DNA of 37,957 nucleotides from NCBI GenBank assembly GCA_010909165.1, contig VJWM01000363.1, forward strand, positions 1 through 37,957, written 5' to 3'. The position numbers and the translations under genes were made by a program. This stretch comes from Anthoceros angustus (lineage: Eukaryota; Plantae; Anthocerotophyta). The notes below the pieces were generated by a model that saw nothing but the letters and a program-made list of their open reading frames with translations, ran no database searches and was not told the DNA's origin. Positions 1-11,890 of the stretch are shown here, piece after piece (the first letter of the stretch is position 1; every line of letters begins with the position of its first letter).

Positions 1-329
1 AGTGAGCCTAAGGGGCCAGATCCCAAATCTGCAAGTAAAGGCGCTCCACAGGTGGAAGAGTGGTCTTAAGTAGGGACAAAATGCGGTGTGGATCGGGGGT
101 CCACAGGCGCCGTGATAGGCTCCTGCTAAGGCGGGACAATTGTGTTGTGTCGTTGTAGGTCGGATTGGTGATTTTTCGAGCGGTGCAAGTGGTGCAGCTG
201 TAAGAGGGAGAGTAGGCGCCTTGCTTGTTTAGAAGAGAGAAGTGTGTCTCTGCAGGTAGCGATCGGTTATCACAAGGCCTCGAACTTTCACACAAGTTTC
301 ATGGGACGAAACCCAAGGTACGAAGCGAC

Positions 330-1960
330 AGTGGGATAAGTGTGGCCGCTAGAGGGGGAAGCCACGGGAGCCCCGGGGTTTTCCCTCCCACAGCCGCCTT
401 CATTTGAATATGTACAATGGTGAAGTGGAAAGGCGCTCACGGCCACACGCACCAACTTACCCAAGTCCGGAGACGATAACACATACGTCGCTGGAGTATA
501 TTGGTCCCTATCCACGAGGCCACAAGTCGTGCTTCCCACCATATTCTTCCATGTCCAACTGGGATTTCAAGTCATCCTTTTCTCCTTAGAGTGTGCCGAG
601 TAGTCTCCGATTGTTTCTCAACGTGCATCACATCCTTCGCCCACTTGACATATCCCTCCAATATGATAAATATTTGAACCACGACAAGCCGGGTGCCGAA
701 CAACTCCCTCAACTCCTCGATGTTGCTTTCTCCTCGTCCATGCCTGAGATGACCGTGGAGAAGGTTTTGAAGAGTACAAGCAATCAAACTACCCACGGAT
801 ATGCTTCTAACGCAAATAAGCTAGCTTGCAAAGTGGGAGTTTAAAAGCACCACGATTGGCATGTACTAATGGAAATATACTTCCCAATTGTTTTAAGGGA
901 AGAATTAAACCAGATTGTACAAAGGCGGTGGCGGGTTGAGCAAACTTTATCGGTGGATATGCCAGCGGAGAATCCCAGGGCATGAGGTGGGAAGAATGCA
1001 AGCAGAGTGCATCAAAGTCATGTGCGACTTGGAGAGGGAATTCCCACCTAAATTGTTTGATATTTCCACCCACCTCATTATTCACCTTGTGGATGAGGTC
1101 GCACTTCTTGGCCATTCATGTCAGATGGATGTATCCGGTTGAAAGATATCTAGGAAGGAGGAAGGAAGACATCCGACAACGCAAACGGAGGAAGCATGGC
1201 GAGGGTATGTTCGAGAGGAGGTCATGTTTGCAAAGGCTTACCTTGGCGACATCATCCATAAGCGCCCATATTTTGAGAAAGATGAGCCGACGCTGACGGT
1301 GAACAGGTTAGGAATGGGCAAGCCATACAAGTTCACCACGTGCTCCACGAGTCCACAATTTTGTGTTGAGACACACGATGGTTCTTGACCCCTTCTCTGA
1401 CTTTACGAAGAGGTCATGGATGTTGGTGATGAAGGCGGGCAATCTTTCCTGCGTGGGTTCATCTTGGGGATTACGGAAGGTGGGAGTCATCATGCTTATG
1501 AGCTGATGTTGCGGCCATAATGGATGGGCCTTCTATTTTGGCGACTACTTATAGGCACATGTGGAGCAATGGTAGCCACCTCGCACCTTTCGTGACGAGA
1601 CCGTCGCGCCACTCGACTGAGAGTTTGTACAAAGTATGTCATGGGAGGCGGTGTCTGCGGACATACTATGGCAATGTAGCGGAAATAATTGAGTGCGGTT
1701 TGCGGATTCGAGCCAATGGTCCTTAAGGTCAAGTGGTTTGAGTGTAATCCAAGTGGGAGATCCCAATCCATTCGCGAAACTTACGGTGGATTTGATCTCG
1801 TGTTCACGAAGGCCGCATATGTTGCGAGATGGAGTTGACACCCTTTCATATGGCCACATCAAGTTACACAATGCATATTCCATGCTGAAGCACGGCGGAG
1901 AATAGAGGCTGGCTGGCTTACGCTTCGTGGGTGGAGGAGAGCAGTCGAATAATGACTCGG
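330..1960 (+). pseudogene. CACTA TnpD/Tnp2 transposase remnant (Transposase_21 C-terminal part, DUF4218 and DUF4216-like regions); many frameshifts and one internal inversion
   Basis: Motifs YNGEVERR, KLPTGYASN, KHHDWHVLM, CDLEREFPPKLFDISTHLIIHLVDEV, RWMYPVERYLG, GPSILATTY, YYGNVAEIIE and LKVKWFE match the CACTA transposase consensus in order. The DVMHVEK segment lies on the minus strand at ~466-750. Confidence 0.9.
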
Positions 1961-2689
1961 GGCTTCATAGAATTTTCTTCTTATGCGACTTGAGTTGGAA
2001 CATACGTATGAACATGGGTTTCCATATACAAAAAAGGCAACCTTAGGCGCAACCGGTCAATGAGCGAGTAGCGACATTGCGGACTCCGCACACCGCTCTA
2101 GGCGTGTTATCGCCATAGCGTCTGGACCAGTATAGGACCCACCATGTGCCTCTTCTCCAAACCATTCCGATGGGGAGAGATCCGGCACCAGTCCATCCAA
2201 TGTGTAATATCTAGCAACAACCTCCAAGCGCCTCCGCGCATCCAAAACCTCGGCCGCCACCAAGTTGCAAGCCATCGTCGCGCGTCTTCATCGCGGAAGT
2301 TGGGGTGCCGTGGTGGCGGCGGTGTGCCCATCGTCCCGCCCACGTTTGGCGTATGGTGCCCTCCACCTCAAGAAAGATTGTCGTTGCTTCCATCCAAGCT
2401 GCCGCCATGCCCATTACACGCAAAGCCGCCCAAACCATAAGATACGAAGAATAGCCAGAAAGACAATATGGCCGACAATTGAATGAAAGGCTCGCGAAAT
2501 CCAAGGCGGCGAGAGTCTTCAATGCGAAACCGGAGGGCAAATGGGTGGAGGAGGCGAAATGGAAGCCTTATATCCGAAAGGCTGCAATTATGATAGCGCA
2601 TGATGAGGATGGACTCATTGGCTGGCGCTACCGTCGGACAAGTGTGAAGCGTGCATGGAAATATTCGCCCTCGCGCGCCGTCAACATCG

Positions 2690-4655
2690 GTGAGAGGCGG
2701 CTTTCCATTTTAATGTTCGATCATACAATGCTATATACCATGTTTGAGAGGCGGTGTCCTTGGAACATGGTCTTTTCCCAACAAGATACCATGTCATCGA
2801 ACCATGATATTTCCGCTCATACCATGCTCCTTGGAACATGGGGATGTCATATATATACATAGGCGGAAATTATGCATTTGTGTATGTACCTTGTTCCTTG
2901 GACCATGGTACTTTGCACAAACCATGTCGTGGGGACATGGTGATGGCATGGGAGGAAGTTCCTTGGTTGATGGGTTCGATGCCTATATATGTCATGCTAT
3001 ATATATGGCTGGTAAATGGGCAGATGAATGACATATTGAATGTCAGGACAACCGCGCATTCTGTACTTGAGTCATCATGATGCTTGGCTGGCACGCGTTC
3101 CTCAAAGTTGTCGGAGGCACGCCGGCCCGCGAAAGGAATGTGACACCACGCATCCATGTTCTTCATCACTGCGTATGTGCAAGGCGCGCCTCTCCATACA
3201 TCACGGCGCTCCAGCGACCCAGCGAACAGACCGCAGCGACCCGAACGGAACAAAGGCCCTCCATGAGATCAAACGAAAGGCGCGGAGGGGTGAAGCGGCG
3301 CTCCAGCGTTGGGGCGCCAGGATTGGGAGGACGAGGAGAACCACCTACTTGCGGCTGTGTGAGGCGGCTGCATATTGTCTTGGATACGTATATGAGGGAA
3401 TAAAGAGAATCGAATGCGATTGGGGTGAAATGGAGTGAATGTATTCATATATGGAGACGACATTGGCGAATCTTGTTCGGATTGTGGGATGCTAGGGTTT
3501 CAGCCGCCCTCTGAATCGAGACACGCTTCCTCGTCATGCACAGGTTGAAGAAACAACAGACTAGGAGCTTTGAGGCTAGCAAGAAAAGAATTGTCCATAC
3601 ATGCATGAGAATTGGATCCAATTTGGAGCGAAGTTGCTTTTGAGATTGTAGATTTGTTGTGGGTGCTTGGCGATAGCAACCATGCTTAGCTTGCGACCAG
3701 TGTTGCGGTGACCTTTTTGCTTTGACACGATTCGAGAGGCATTGCCTCCCTAAAGTATATGTTATATGAGTTGTGTGAATTTGCTATAGGAATGAAACTA
3801 AAATAGATTTGAAATGTCCCTCAATGGCGTAACGTGCGGTACATGCGGCACCCGTTATGCCATAACAGATTACTTGAAGTGTAACAAGACATGCACGCCA
3901 CCGCAAATGCCGTGTCATGACCCGCTGCATGCAGGCGGGGTGCATGGGGTTTTGTCGGTCATTTGAAAGGACATTTATCACAAGCCATCACAACCACTCA
4001 AATCTTATCGGATCTCCACCACCCCGAAGTCTTGGATGGCTCCTACCATGGACCAATTTTCCACATGGTGCAAGTCATTTCAACAACGTGGCGAAGAAAC
4101 CGATCGAACTGGGATGGTCATCGTCATCAGATCGCCTTCCATACTTATTAATTAGGTGGTAAGCCACACATGGTTGGCGCACTAAGTCACTAAAGGTGGT
4201 CGGCAACATGAGGCGAATGGCTGTGAACATGGCGGTGGCGGAATTCAACCTCCCATCTCCGGTCGGTGACTTGCACGCGAGTGGGGGATACACCGATCAC
4301 CATGGAGTTCCCACTGCCGGACACGGTAAGACCACGCGATCCCGTCTCATTCCAAGCGAGTGTCCGATCCAGGCCCATGAGCGATGCGGCTCGCGGTGCG
4401 ATTTCCAGCGTGGACTATCGGGGCAAATGGCAATGCAATGTCATCCGGAGGCGAAGGCGGAAGTTTTGCATACACTCACCCTATACCCACCCGAAGTGCG
4501 GGATTCGCAGGAGGTCAAGGAAATCTGTGATCGACCTCCGATTTGATCGTCGTGCATTGCATAATGCTTGGGGTCGGAGCTTTGTTGCGGCTGGTGGGCA
4601 GCGCTCACTTCTTTGTTGCAAATGGGCCACCTTGTTGTTGACCACATGGACAACA
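2690..4655 (+). repeat. Dispersed repeat copy A: CCATG/CATGG motif array followed by an unidentified degenerate coding module
   Basis: Aligns by eye to the reverse complement of ~24810-27412. Shared blocks include TGGGCAGATGAATGACATATTGAATG, GATTACTTGAAGTGTAACAAGA, AAGACCACGCGATCCCGTCTC and GTTGACCACATGGACAA. Confidence 0.9.
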
Positions 4656-5044
4656 CGCCCTGATGTTTGGTGAGAAAACATGGAATGTTGTGGGTTCGAG
4701 GCGGTGGACCCATGGCACCGTAGCGAACCTCCGGGATGAGGAAGTGGAAGGAGGCGAGGCGTTGGCAAGGTGAATGAGTTGCTATTCGGGGCAGCGGCTC
4801 AAGACACAAGGAATTCTTGGAACTCATTCGGACAAAGGCTACCAACGAGATACCGGTAGGTGGAGCGAATTGTCAAAGTCGAGAGGAAGACATTATGCGA
4901 AGATGTCTTGGCTTCGGACTTGATGAAGGGCCTGCCCATTTTTTAGCCAACATAGTCAACCGGTATGTAAAGCCTTGACCAAGGCTTGTGCCTTAGAGGA
5001 AAAATAGGTGCGAGGAAAGCAGGTCCTCGAAATTCAAGCCACCC

Positions 5045-5305
5045 ATGGCGGATGACAAGGTATGGCAAGAGGTGCTTACATGGGCACGGGTTGAACTTCG
5101 ACAACATGGCAACTTTTTGCCCTCCAAAGCTCAACTAGCTGCAAAGGCAAGACTCCTGAAGGCAGATGGCGAGGGGCCTAACCAGTATGGCCGTTGTGGG
5201 AAGAAGGGATGGATCTACAAGTTCCAACAGAAGCATGGGAGGGATCCAACGACTGAGGAGCTTGAATTTGGGGCTCTCCGTCCTATGAAAAACATAACCG
5301 GATGA
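5045..5305 (+). pseudogene. Possible fragment of a CACTA second gene (TnpA/Ptta-like)
   Basis: Translation includes KFQQKHGRDPTTEELEF, reminiscent of the GRePT..ELF motif in CACTA TnpA-like proteins. It lies between the transposase and the right terminus. Weak, motif-only support. Confidence 0.35.
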
Positions 5306-6224
5306 GAACGTAGGGGAAGCCGAGACTGAGGAAGGGGAGGGTCATGAGGAAGACGGCGCAGGAGATGGAGGTAGGTCGGTTGATGATGGGAGTGATTCGG
5401 ACGCTGAAAGTGCACAATTCCAGGAAGAACCGAGGTCAGTGACGACCCAAAACCACAAGGGGAAGGGAAATTCCTGACGAAGGGGTGGCCCCACATATGG
5501 AAGTCTAGTATAAGGCCAGGCGGCTTCCACGAAAGGAAAAGGCGTCGGAAAAGCAAGCGGGTCCTGCTTGTGTAAGATTGGTGTTGATATTGGTCACTTT
5601 CTTGTTGGTATGCCATCATCATCGTGCTGTTTGGTGTGCGTATGGAGAACCTCCTTCGCAGCCGGGATCATGCATCCGAGAAAGACAGGGCGAGAATGCA
5701 AGGCACCGATCGTGTAGAAGGTCATGAGGCGAGGAAAGGCCAAGGCAAACGCATCCGGGCGACAAAGTCAAATACCCGCCGGCGATTAGATAGCCATATG
5801 CATATGGCTTATGCGTGCACTCTTGCCATAAAACATGATACAACGATTTACAAATGCTCTGGAATTAATGCTTTTGTTCTAGATGGTGTATGCCAAATAT
5901 GCAAAAACATACAATCCTCATACATACAAATACATCAATATGTTTTCACGATAAATACGGCAGGTGTACGGATGGGCAAAAAATAAGTGGCAGGCTTATA
6001 ATACCCTATGCCGAAATGACATTTGTCGAGAAGCCAAACACCCCAGGAAGAAATCGAAAGGCGATGTGTGGCATCCATAAAGGGGCATCCACGGTCCACA
6101 TGCCCCATCATCGGGGGTGGCGTCTGGGCGCATGAATGTGGCTTGTGCACATAAATGTGTGCGCCGCCCCTTCATGTCGAACAAACCAATCCCGCCTAAT
6201 CCATGCTCCTGTAGCCCAACCACG

Positions 6225-6382
6225 CCATCATTACAACGAATCGCCTTCTAACAATTTAATTGTAACGTTTTCGCTGGCTCGGGGGACCGAACCAGAACCG
6301 TTACAATGGACATTATAATGTAACAATAGGACGTATATATGTTACCAAAAAACGTGACATACCCACCTAGTTCCTAGTAGTG
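6225..6382. repeat. CACTA right terminal inverted repeat and subterminal repeats
   Basis: Ends in TAGTAGTG (TAGTG at 6378-6382). Upstream are clustered TTACAA/TGTAAC/GTTAC motifs in both orientations. Confidence 0.75.
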
Positions 6383-6424
6383 GGCACTGCATCAAACTCT
6401 TGGGGCTTTGTTATATATAGCACT

Positions 6425-6765
6425 TATTGAGGATGCAGCTTACTGAGTTTGTTAAGATGGATATGACTATGCGTAAAAGATGTAGGTGATTGAGCTTACT
6501 ATAAGTATATAGAAGTGGGTAAATGGGAAACATATACCCCATATTGAGTAGGAAACGTGAGTGACACTTTTAGGGTTTAAAAGGGGTGAGACCAGCTAGC
6601 TATAGTAGGTTCAGCTCTTTGACTATTGTCTTTGTGTTGTTTGCTCAAAGTTGCTCTTCATTTGTGTTTTAAGGCCTGCTTAGGTGGTCTTAGTTTTGCA
6701 ATTCTGAACACTTGCTTTCTTGACACTTGACCCTCTTGAAGCATGGCTAGCTTCCAATCTCAACA
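6425..6765 (+). repeat. 5' LTR of the Copia element
   Basis: Ends CTCAACA at 6765, directly before the PBS. The start TATTGAG at 6425 is a 6/7 inverted match; an alternative TGTT start is at 6409. Confidence 0.6.
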
Positions 6766-6778
6766 GGTTATGGGCCCA
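6766..6778 (+). promoter_or_regulatory. Primer-binding site GGTTATGGGCCCA (half-tRNAiMet type)
   Basis: Exact motif right after the LTR end AACA and 12 bp before the gag ATG. Same PBS form as Drosophila copia-like elements. Confidence 0.85.
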
Positions 6779-9700
6779 CACACCCAAGGCATGGTGACAC
6801 TACAAGTCATTTCCAAATTTGGTGGTAACAACTTCAACTTGTGGAAGTTCAAGATGCATGTTGTTGAGAAAGGCTTGTGGGGATAGTGTGAACTGAACGC
6901 CCTATAGAAGTGGAGCGACAATCCAAGGGACGAGAATGCAAAGCTTTTGCAACCATTTGCTTCAATTTGGAAGATGCACAACTAATGCATGTGACTTCTT
7001 GTAAGACTGCAAGGGAAGCTTGGCAAAAGCTGGAGGCTGTATGAGAACAAGAGCCTTGTGAACCGCTTGTTTTGAGGAGAAGGTTCTTCACTCTTCAAAT
7101 GGGTGAGAATGATGTCATTGAGCATGTAGACAAAGTGAGGAGTTTGTCACAACAATTAGCAGCTGTTGGAGCCCCGTGTCGATGATGACTTGGTGATGAC
7201 TCTTCTTGCAAGTCTTCCAGTCATACAACAACTTGATCGTGGCTTTGGAGTCAAGAATAGAGACTTTGACTTTTGAGATTCTTGTGAGCAGACTCTTACA
7301 TGAAGAGACAAAAGAAGAGAAAAGGGAAGATATATGAGGAATCAGCTTTTGTGGCCAAAAGCCTCGGAAGAACACTCAAGTTCCATCAAGCTAGGGAAGG
7401 TCCTTCTCAATCAGAGGAGGATATAGAAGGTCCAACATAACTTGCAACTATGGCAAGGTTGGACACATGCAGGAACTGTTTCAAGAAGCAAAGGGACGAG
7501 AAAGCAAGACCTCAAAGCAAGTGCTGAAGACTTTGATGAGGCCTTTGTGAGTACACATCACCACTCAAATGAAGCCAGGTGGTATATCGATTCAGAGCTT
7601 GAGCATATGACCAATAGGCGTGAATGGTTTCACTCTTTCAAACCCACTCCTGCAACTAACATTTACTTGGGTGATAATTCGCTCAAAAATGTGAGGAGAA
7701 GGAGTTGTATTTCTAACCATGACCACTCCTAAAGGCCTATTGGGATGTTAAAGAAGGTCCTCTATGTGCCAGCGAGCAAAACCTCTTCTCCGTTAGCGCT
7801 ACCTCTCAAGGGTTGAGAGTGAGATTTGAGGAAGCTGGAGTGACCTTCACGAATGCAAAAGAAGAAGTGAGAGCACAAGGAGTGAAGGTTGGAAAAGATG
7901 TATTGTTTAAGTGGGAGTACTTGGTGCCAAGCTCAAGAATGGAGGCAAATGTGGTACAAGAGCACAACAACAAGCTACTATTGTGGCACCAAAGATTGGG
8001 ACATCTTGGAGTTCAAAACATCAAGCTCATGGAGAAGAAAAGACTTGAGCTTGGAGAGGAGGAAGATATAGGTATTTGTAGAGGTTGCATGATGGGAAAG
8101 CAACATCGATTTCCATTTCCAAAGGGAGGAAGTAGAGCTAACCATGTGCTAGATTTGATTCACTGTATATTGTGGCCCCATGAAGACCACATCTCTAGGA
8201 GGGGCCAAGTATTTCCTCACTTTCACAGATGACAAGTCAAGGTATACCAAGGTTTACTTCCTCAAATCCAAGGATGCCTGTTTATCCAAGTTCAAGGAGT
8301 ATAAAGCACTTGTGGAGAATCAAATTGGTAGAAAGATAAAAGTTTTAAGGAGTGACAATGGAGGTGAGTATATGTCCAAGGATTTTGAAACTTTTTGCAA
8401 GGAGCACGGAATCATGCAACAATTTTCGGCCCCTTACACTCCTCAGCAAAATGGAGTTGGAAAGGAAAAATAGAACTTTGGTAGAATGTGCTAGGAGCAT
8501 GCTTCATCATCAACAATTGGGCTATGAGTTTTGGGGAAGCCATTGCTGCTGTACCTAACTAATAGAAGTGCAAGTGCATCACTAGAGGATATGACACGGA
8601 GGAATGCTGGTTAGGGAGGAAGCCTTCTATTGCTCACTTGCATGTGTTTGGGTGTAGAGCCTTTGCACATAAACCCAAAGAAGTCGAGCAAGCTCAAGGG
8701 AAGGCATTGGAGTGCATTTTGTGGGCTATGATATTGATAGAAAGGCCTATAGCAATATTGTATGACAAGGCATCTAGGCGCATCATCATAAGTAGAGATG
8801 TGGTTTTGATGAGGCGGAGACTATAGATAGCAGAAATTTCCTATTGTTGATGCTCATGAGGTTGTGATACCTCAAGAACCAATTGGAAAAGACGTCATTC
8901 CGATTGATGGGAATGAAATGATCCCTAGCGAGGAAACAATGAGGAAGAACCCTTGAGAGAAGAAATTCTTCCTCCAAGGAGATATCCAACAAGGAAGCGG
9001 CATCCACCAAAAGATTGGAGAGAAGGACCAGAGTTTGCATCCATTGCTATGGAATATGGGAGGGAATCAAGAACGATAGTTGAAGCACTACAAAGAAAGG
9101 ATGCAAACCAATGTAAAGAAGCTATGGGTGATGAGATGAAGTCGTTGAAGAAGAATGACACTTGGGTGTTAACATTCTTGCCTGCAAGAAGGAATGCTAT
9201 TGGGAGCAAATGGGTGTTTAGAATCAAGAGAGATTCTAATGGTCAGATTGAGAGATATAAGGCAAGATTGGTGGTGAAGGGATATAGCCAAGAACAAGGC
9301 ATCGATTACAATGAGACCTTGGCTCCAGTGGCCAAATTTGTGTCAATAAGGACTTTACTTGCAGTGGGAGCAATTGATGATTTGGAGATTCATCAAATGG
9401 ATGTAAAAACTACATTTTTCAGTGGAGACTTAGAGGAGGACATTTATATGGAGCAACTTGAAGGGTATATCGAAAAAGGCAATGAGAGTTTGGTGTGCAA
9501 ATTGAGGAAAGCTCTCTATGGATTGAAGCAATGGTATAGAGCTTGGTATGAGAAGATCAATGCCTTCTTAAAGGAGCGGGGTTTCAACAATGCACATCTG
9601 ATGAGAGCATCTACATATCCAAAGTTCTGCAATCTATGGTTATTCTGGTTCAACTATTGCCTTGGCATTCAAGTGGTTAGAGACAGGGTGAGGAGAACAA

Positions 9701-9784
9701 TCAAGCTTGGACAACAGAAGTACATTGAGGAACTCTTGGATCGTTTTGGAATGACTGTTTGCAGGCCAATTGCAACACCTCTCT

Positions 9785-11832
9785 GTTTAGATATGAGGCT
9801 CCAACTTCACTGATTCATTGGGTCTTTCACTTTTTATCTCAACGGGCAACTTCACTATGTTTGGATGGCCGTTATGACACTCTTGCGCCGATATGTGCGG
9901 GGTTACCACAAGGTTCGCCTAATTCTCCTCTTCTTTTTCTGTTCTTCACCTCTGGCCTTATCTCTCAACTTCAATCTATGAGCGCCAACACCAGTTGGAT
10001 TGATGACTGTGGGGCATATGCCACTGCTCCTTTGTGCAAGAAATTCACAAAAAGCTTCAAGCTATGCTACATGTAGCTTCAGAGTGGGCCTCCACGCACC
10101 TCGTGGAGTTTGATCTCAACAAGTTCGAGCTCATTCATTTTTCTCTCAAGCGCAAGGTAAATATTAAGGAGTATACTCTTTCTTTGCCCGATGGCTCCCT
10201 TATTACTCCCTCAGATTATGTCAAATTCTTGGGCGTTTATTTAGACTCCAAGTTAACTTGGAACACCCATGTGCAACAGGCTTTGGCTTCAGCTATGCGT
10301 ACTCTATCAGCTATTATCTCTCTTGGTACCTCTGTTTGGGGACTCAAAGCTAACCTCCTGCGACAACTATATGTTACTGTTGTTTTGCCTAAACTCGATT
10401 ATGGCTGCGGTGTTTGGTTTAATGGCGGGCGCACGCATATTCAACATCTTCAGCGGGTTCAACGTCTAGTTTGTAAGGCAATTATTGGCGCGCTTCGAAC
10501 CACCTTCGCTGAGGCCCTTGAATTTGAAGCTTTCCTTCTGCCCACTAAGATCTGTCTTCAACGCCATTCTCTCCGCTTTCTTCTCCGTAACCTCTCTTGC
10601 CCTCCTTCCCACCCAATCCACCAAGCCTTTCTACCAGCCTCTAACCACAAAAAACGGTGTTACAAAGCTAACCGTAGCCGATTCACCCTCCTTTCCCAAG
10701 CTCCTCTCTACTCGGTGTTACAGCTTGCCCACCCCACCGCCATTGAGACCATTTTCCTCGCCTTGTTCCCCTTGGCCTCTCTTTACCCTCAACCACTGTG
10801 ATTTTACCATCTCTTGAGTTAGCCATTGCCTCACATTCTCAGTATCTGCTGGCTCCTAATACTCTTGCAATTTACACTGATGGTTTCCTCATGGATGGTA
10901 AAGCTGGAGGGGTGGCGGTTTTCTATTTCAACAGGGATCATGTGCATCAATTGTCTTTTAGTTTAGAGACTTACTATGGGATTTTTGAGGCAGAACTCCT
11001 TTATGTGGTTAAGGCCATCTCGTACCTACCTACTCTTTTAGCCACACTCTTTGGGGTTTGCTCAGTTAACATATTCATTGATAACCAAGCAGCTATCTTG
11101 TCTTTAACTAACACATCTGCGTGCTCCTCCCAGGCTATCTCAATACGGGCTCGGGCCGCTCTCCATGCCGTCTCTCTTGCTCACCTTCAAGTTCCCTTAA
11201 ACCTCCACTGGATTCTAGGCCATAATAATGTAGTCGGCAATGAGCTGGCAGATGTTACTGTTAAGGCAGCCACTCTTCTTCTAATTTCCAGTGAAGACCT
11301 CCTTTTCCGTCCGCCAATGATTCATGTGGCAAGTTTGCAGGAGTGGCATGGGGGCCTCATCTACTAAAAGCTGTGCTAAAGCGAGTGGTGCGTGGTGGCC
11401 CCTCGGCGTCGGTGTTACAACGTCTTGGCCTTCGTGATCGTAAGGTCTCATCCTTTCTCACCCAGTTACGGATTGGGCATATGGCTATTGGGGCTTATTT
11501 CAGGCGATTCAATATCGCTGGAAACCCATTTTGTCGGAAATGGATGTCTTCCGAAGAAACCCGCCAGCACATCCTTGGTCAGTGCTCGACTACCCACAAC
11601 AAGTGGGACCAGATTTTTCAGGGCTCTTACTATGATATGCACTAACTCCTCAGTATTTCCAAACTCAGAGGGAAACTTATCTCTTACTTTAAGCTTATTG
11701 GCGACTACTTTAGTGTAGGTTCCTTAGCAAAGCTATTTAGTCTTCTAATCTTTGTTTGATCTACTTTCTTTGCTTTTAGGCTCTCCCAAATGTCACTTCA
11801 TTCCCGTTCTTGATTCCTGATCTAATGATCTA

Positions 11833-11887
<55 letters not shown>

Positions 11888-11890
11888 ATA
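9785..11890 (+). mobile_element. 5'-truncated non-LTR retrotransposon (LINE) ORF2 remnant: RT, RNase H, CCHC-like finger, 3' UTR and (TAAA)n tail
   Basis: GLPQGSPNSPLLF, WIDD, YVKFLGVYLDSKLTWNTHV, LYVTVVLPKLDYG; RNase H IYTDG...IFEAEL...IFIDNQAAI...HWILGH...GNELAD; LTQLRIGH...FC...ETRQHILGQC; stop at 11645. Split by frameshifts into ORFs 9759-10076, 10034-10801, 10798-11367 and 11343-11645. Confidence 0.93.
11833..11888 (+). repeat. (TAAA)14 microsatellite, LINE 3' tail
   Basis: 56 bp of perfect TAAA repeat, ~190 bp after the LINE ORF2 stop. Confidence 0.95.

Larger units (their letters stand above)
1..6382 (+). mobile_element. Degenerate CACTA (En/Spm) DNA transposon, right-hand part; left end lies outside the window
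   Basis: Transposase remnant at ~330-1960, further degenerate ORFs, subterminal TGTAAC/GTTACA motifs at ~6225-6350 and a terminus reading ...TTCCTAGTAGTG at 6382 (reverse complement CACTACTAGGAA). That all of 1-6382 is a single element is inferred. Confidence 0.65.
6425..9785 (+). mobile_element. Ty1/Copia LTR retrotransposon, 3'-truncated (no RNase H or 3' LTR)
   Basis: 5' LTR, PBS, gag (NNFNLWKFKM from the ATG at 6791), degenerate zinc knuckle ~7440, protease WYIDS, GAG-pre-integrase LWHQRLGHLG, integrase (GGAKYFLTFTDDKSRYT, APYTPQQNG), then RT (AIGSKWVFRIK, YKARLVVKGYSQ, IHQMDVKT). Integrase before RT is the Copia order. The YVDD region appears deleted near 9620. Confidence 0.95.

Noticed and set aside
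1308-1493. Possible second inversion in the CACTA transposase (minus-strand ORF)
   Set aside because: The + strand already gives the expected RVHNFVLRHT..LDPF segment, so the minus ORF is an antisense shadow.
2735-2950. CCATG array as a CRISPR-like or regular tandem repeat
   Set aside because: The 5-8 bp cores occur in both orientations with irregular spacing. There is no constant repeat-spacer structure, no cas genes, and the context is eukaryotic.
6569-6575. TTTAGGG telomere-like heptamer (also at 31142-31148)
   Set aside because: Single isolated copies, expected by chance or as telo-box-like motifs; not an interstitial telomeric array.
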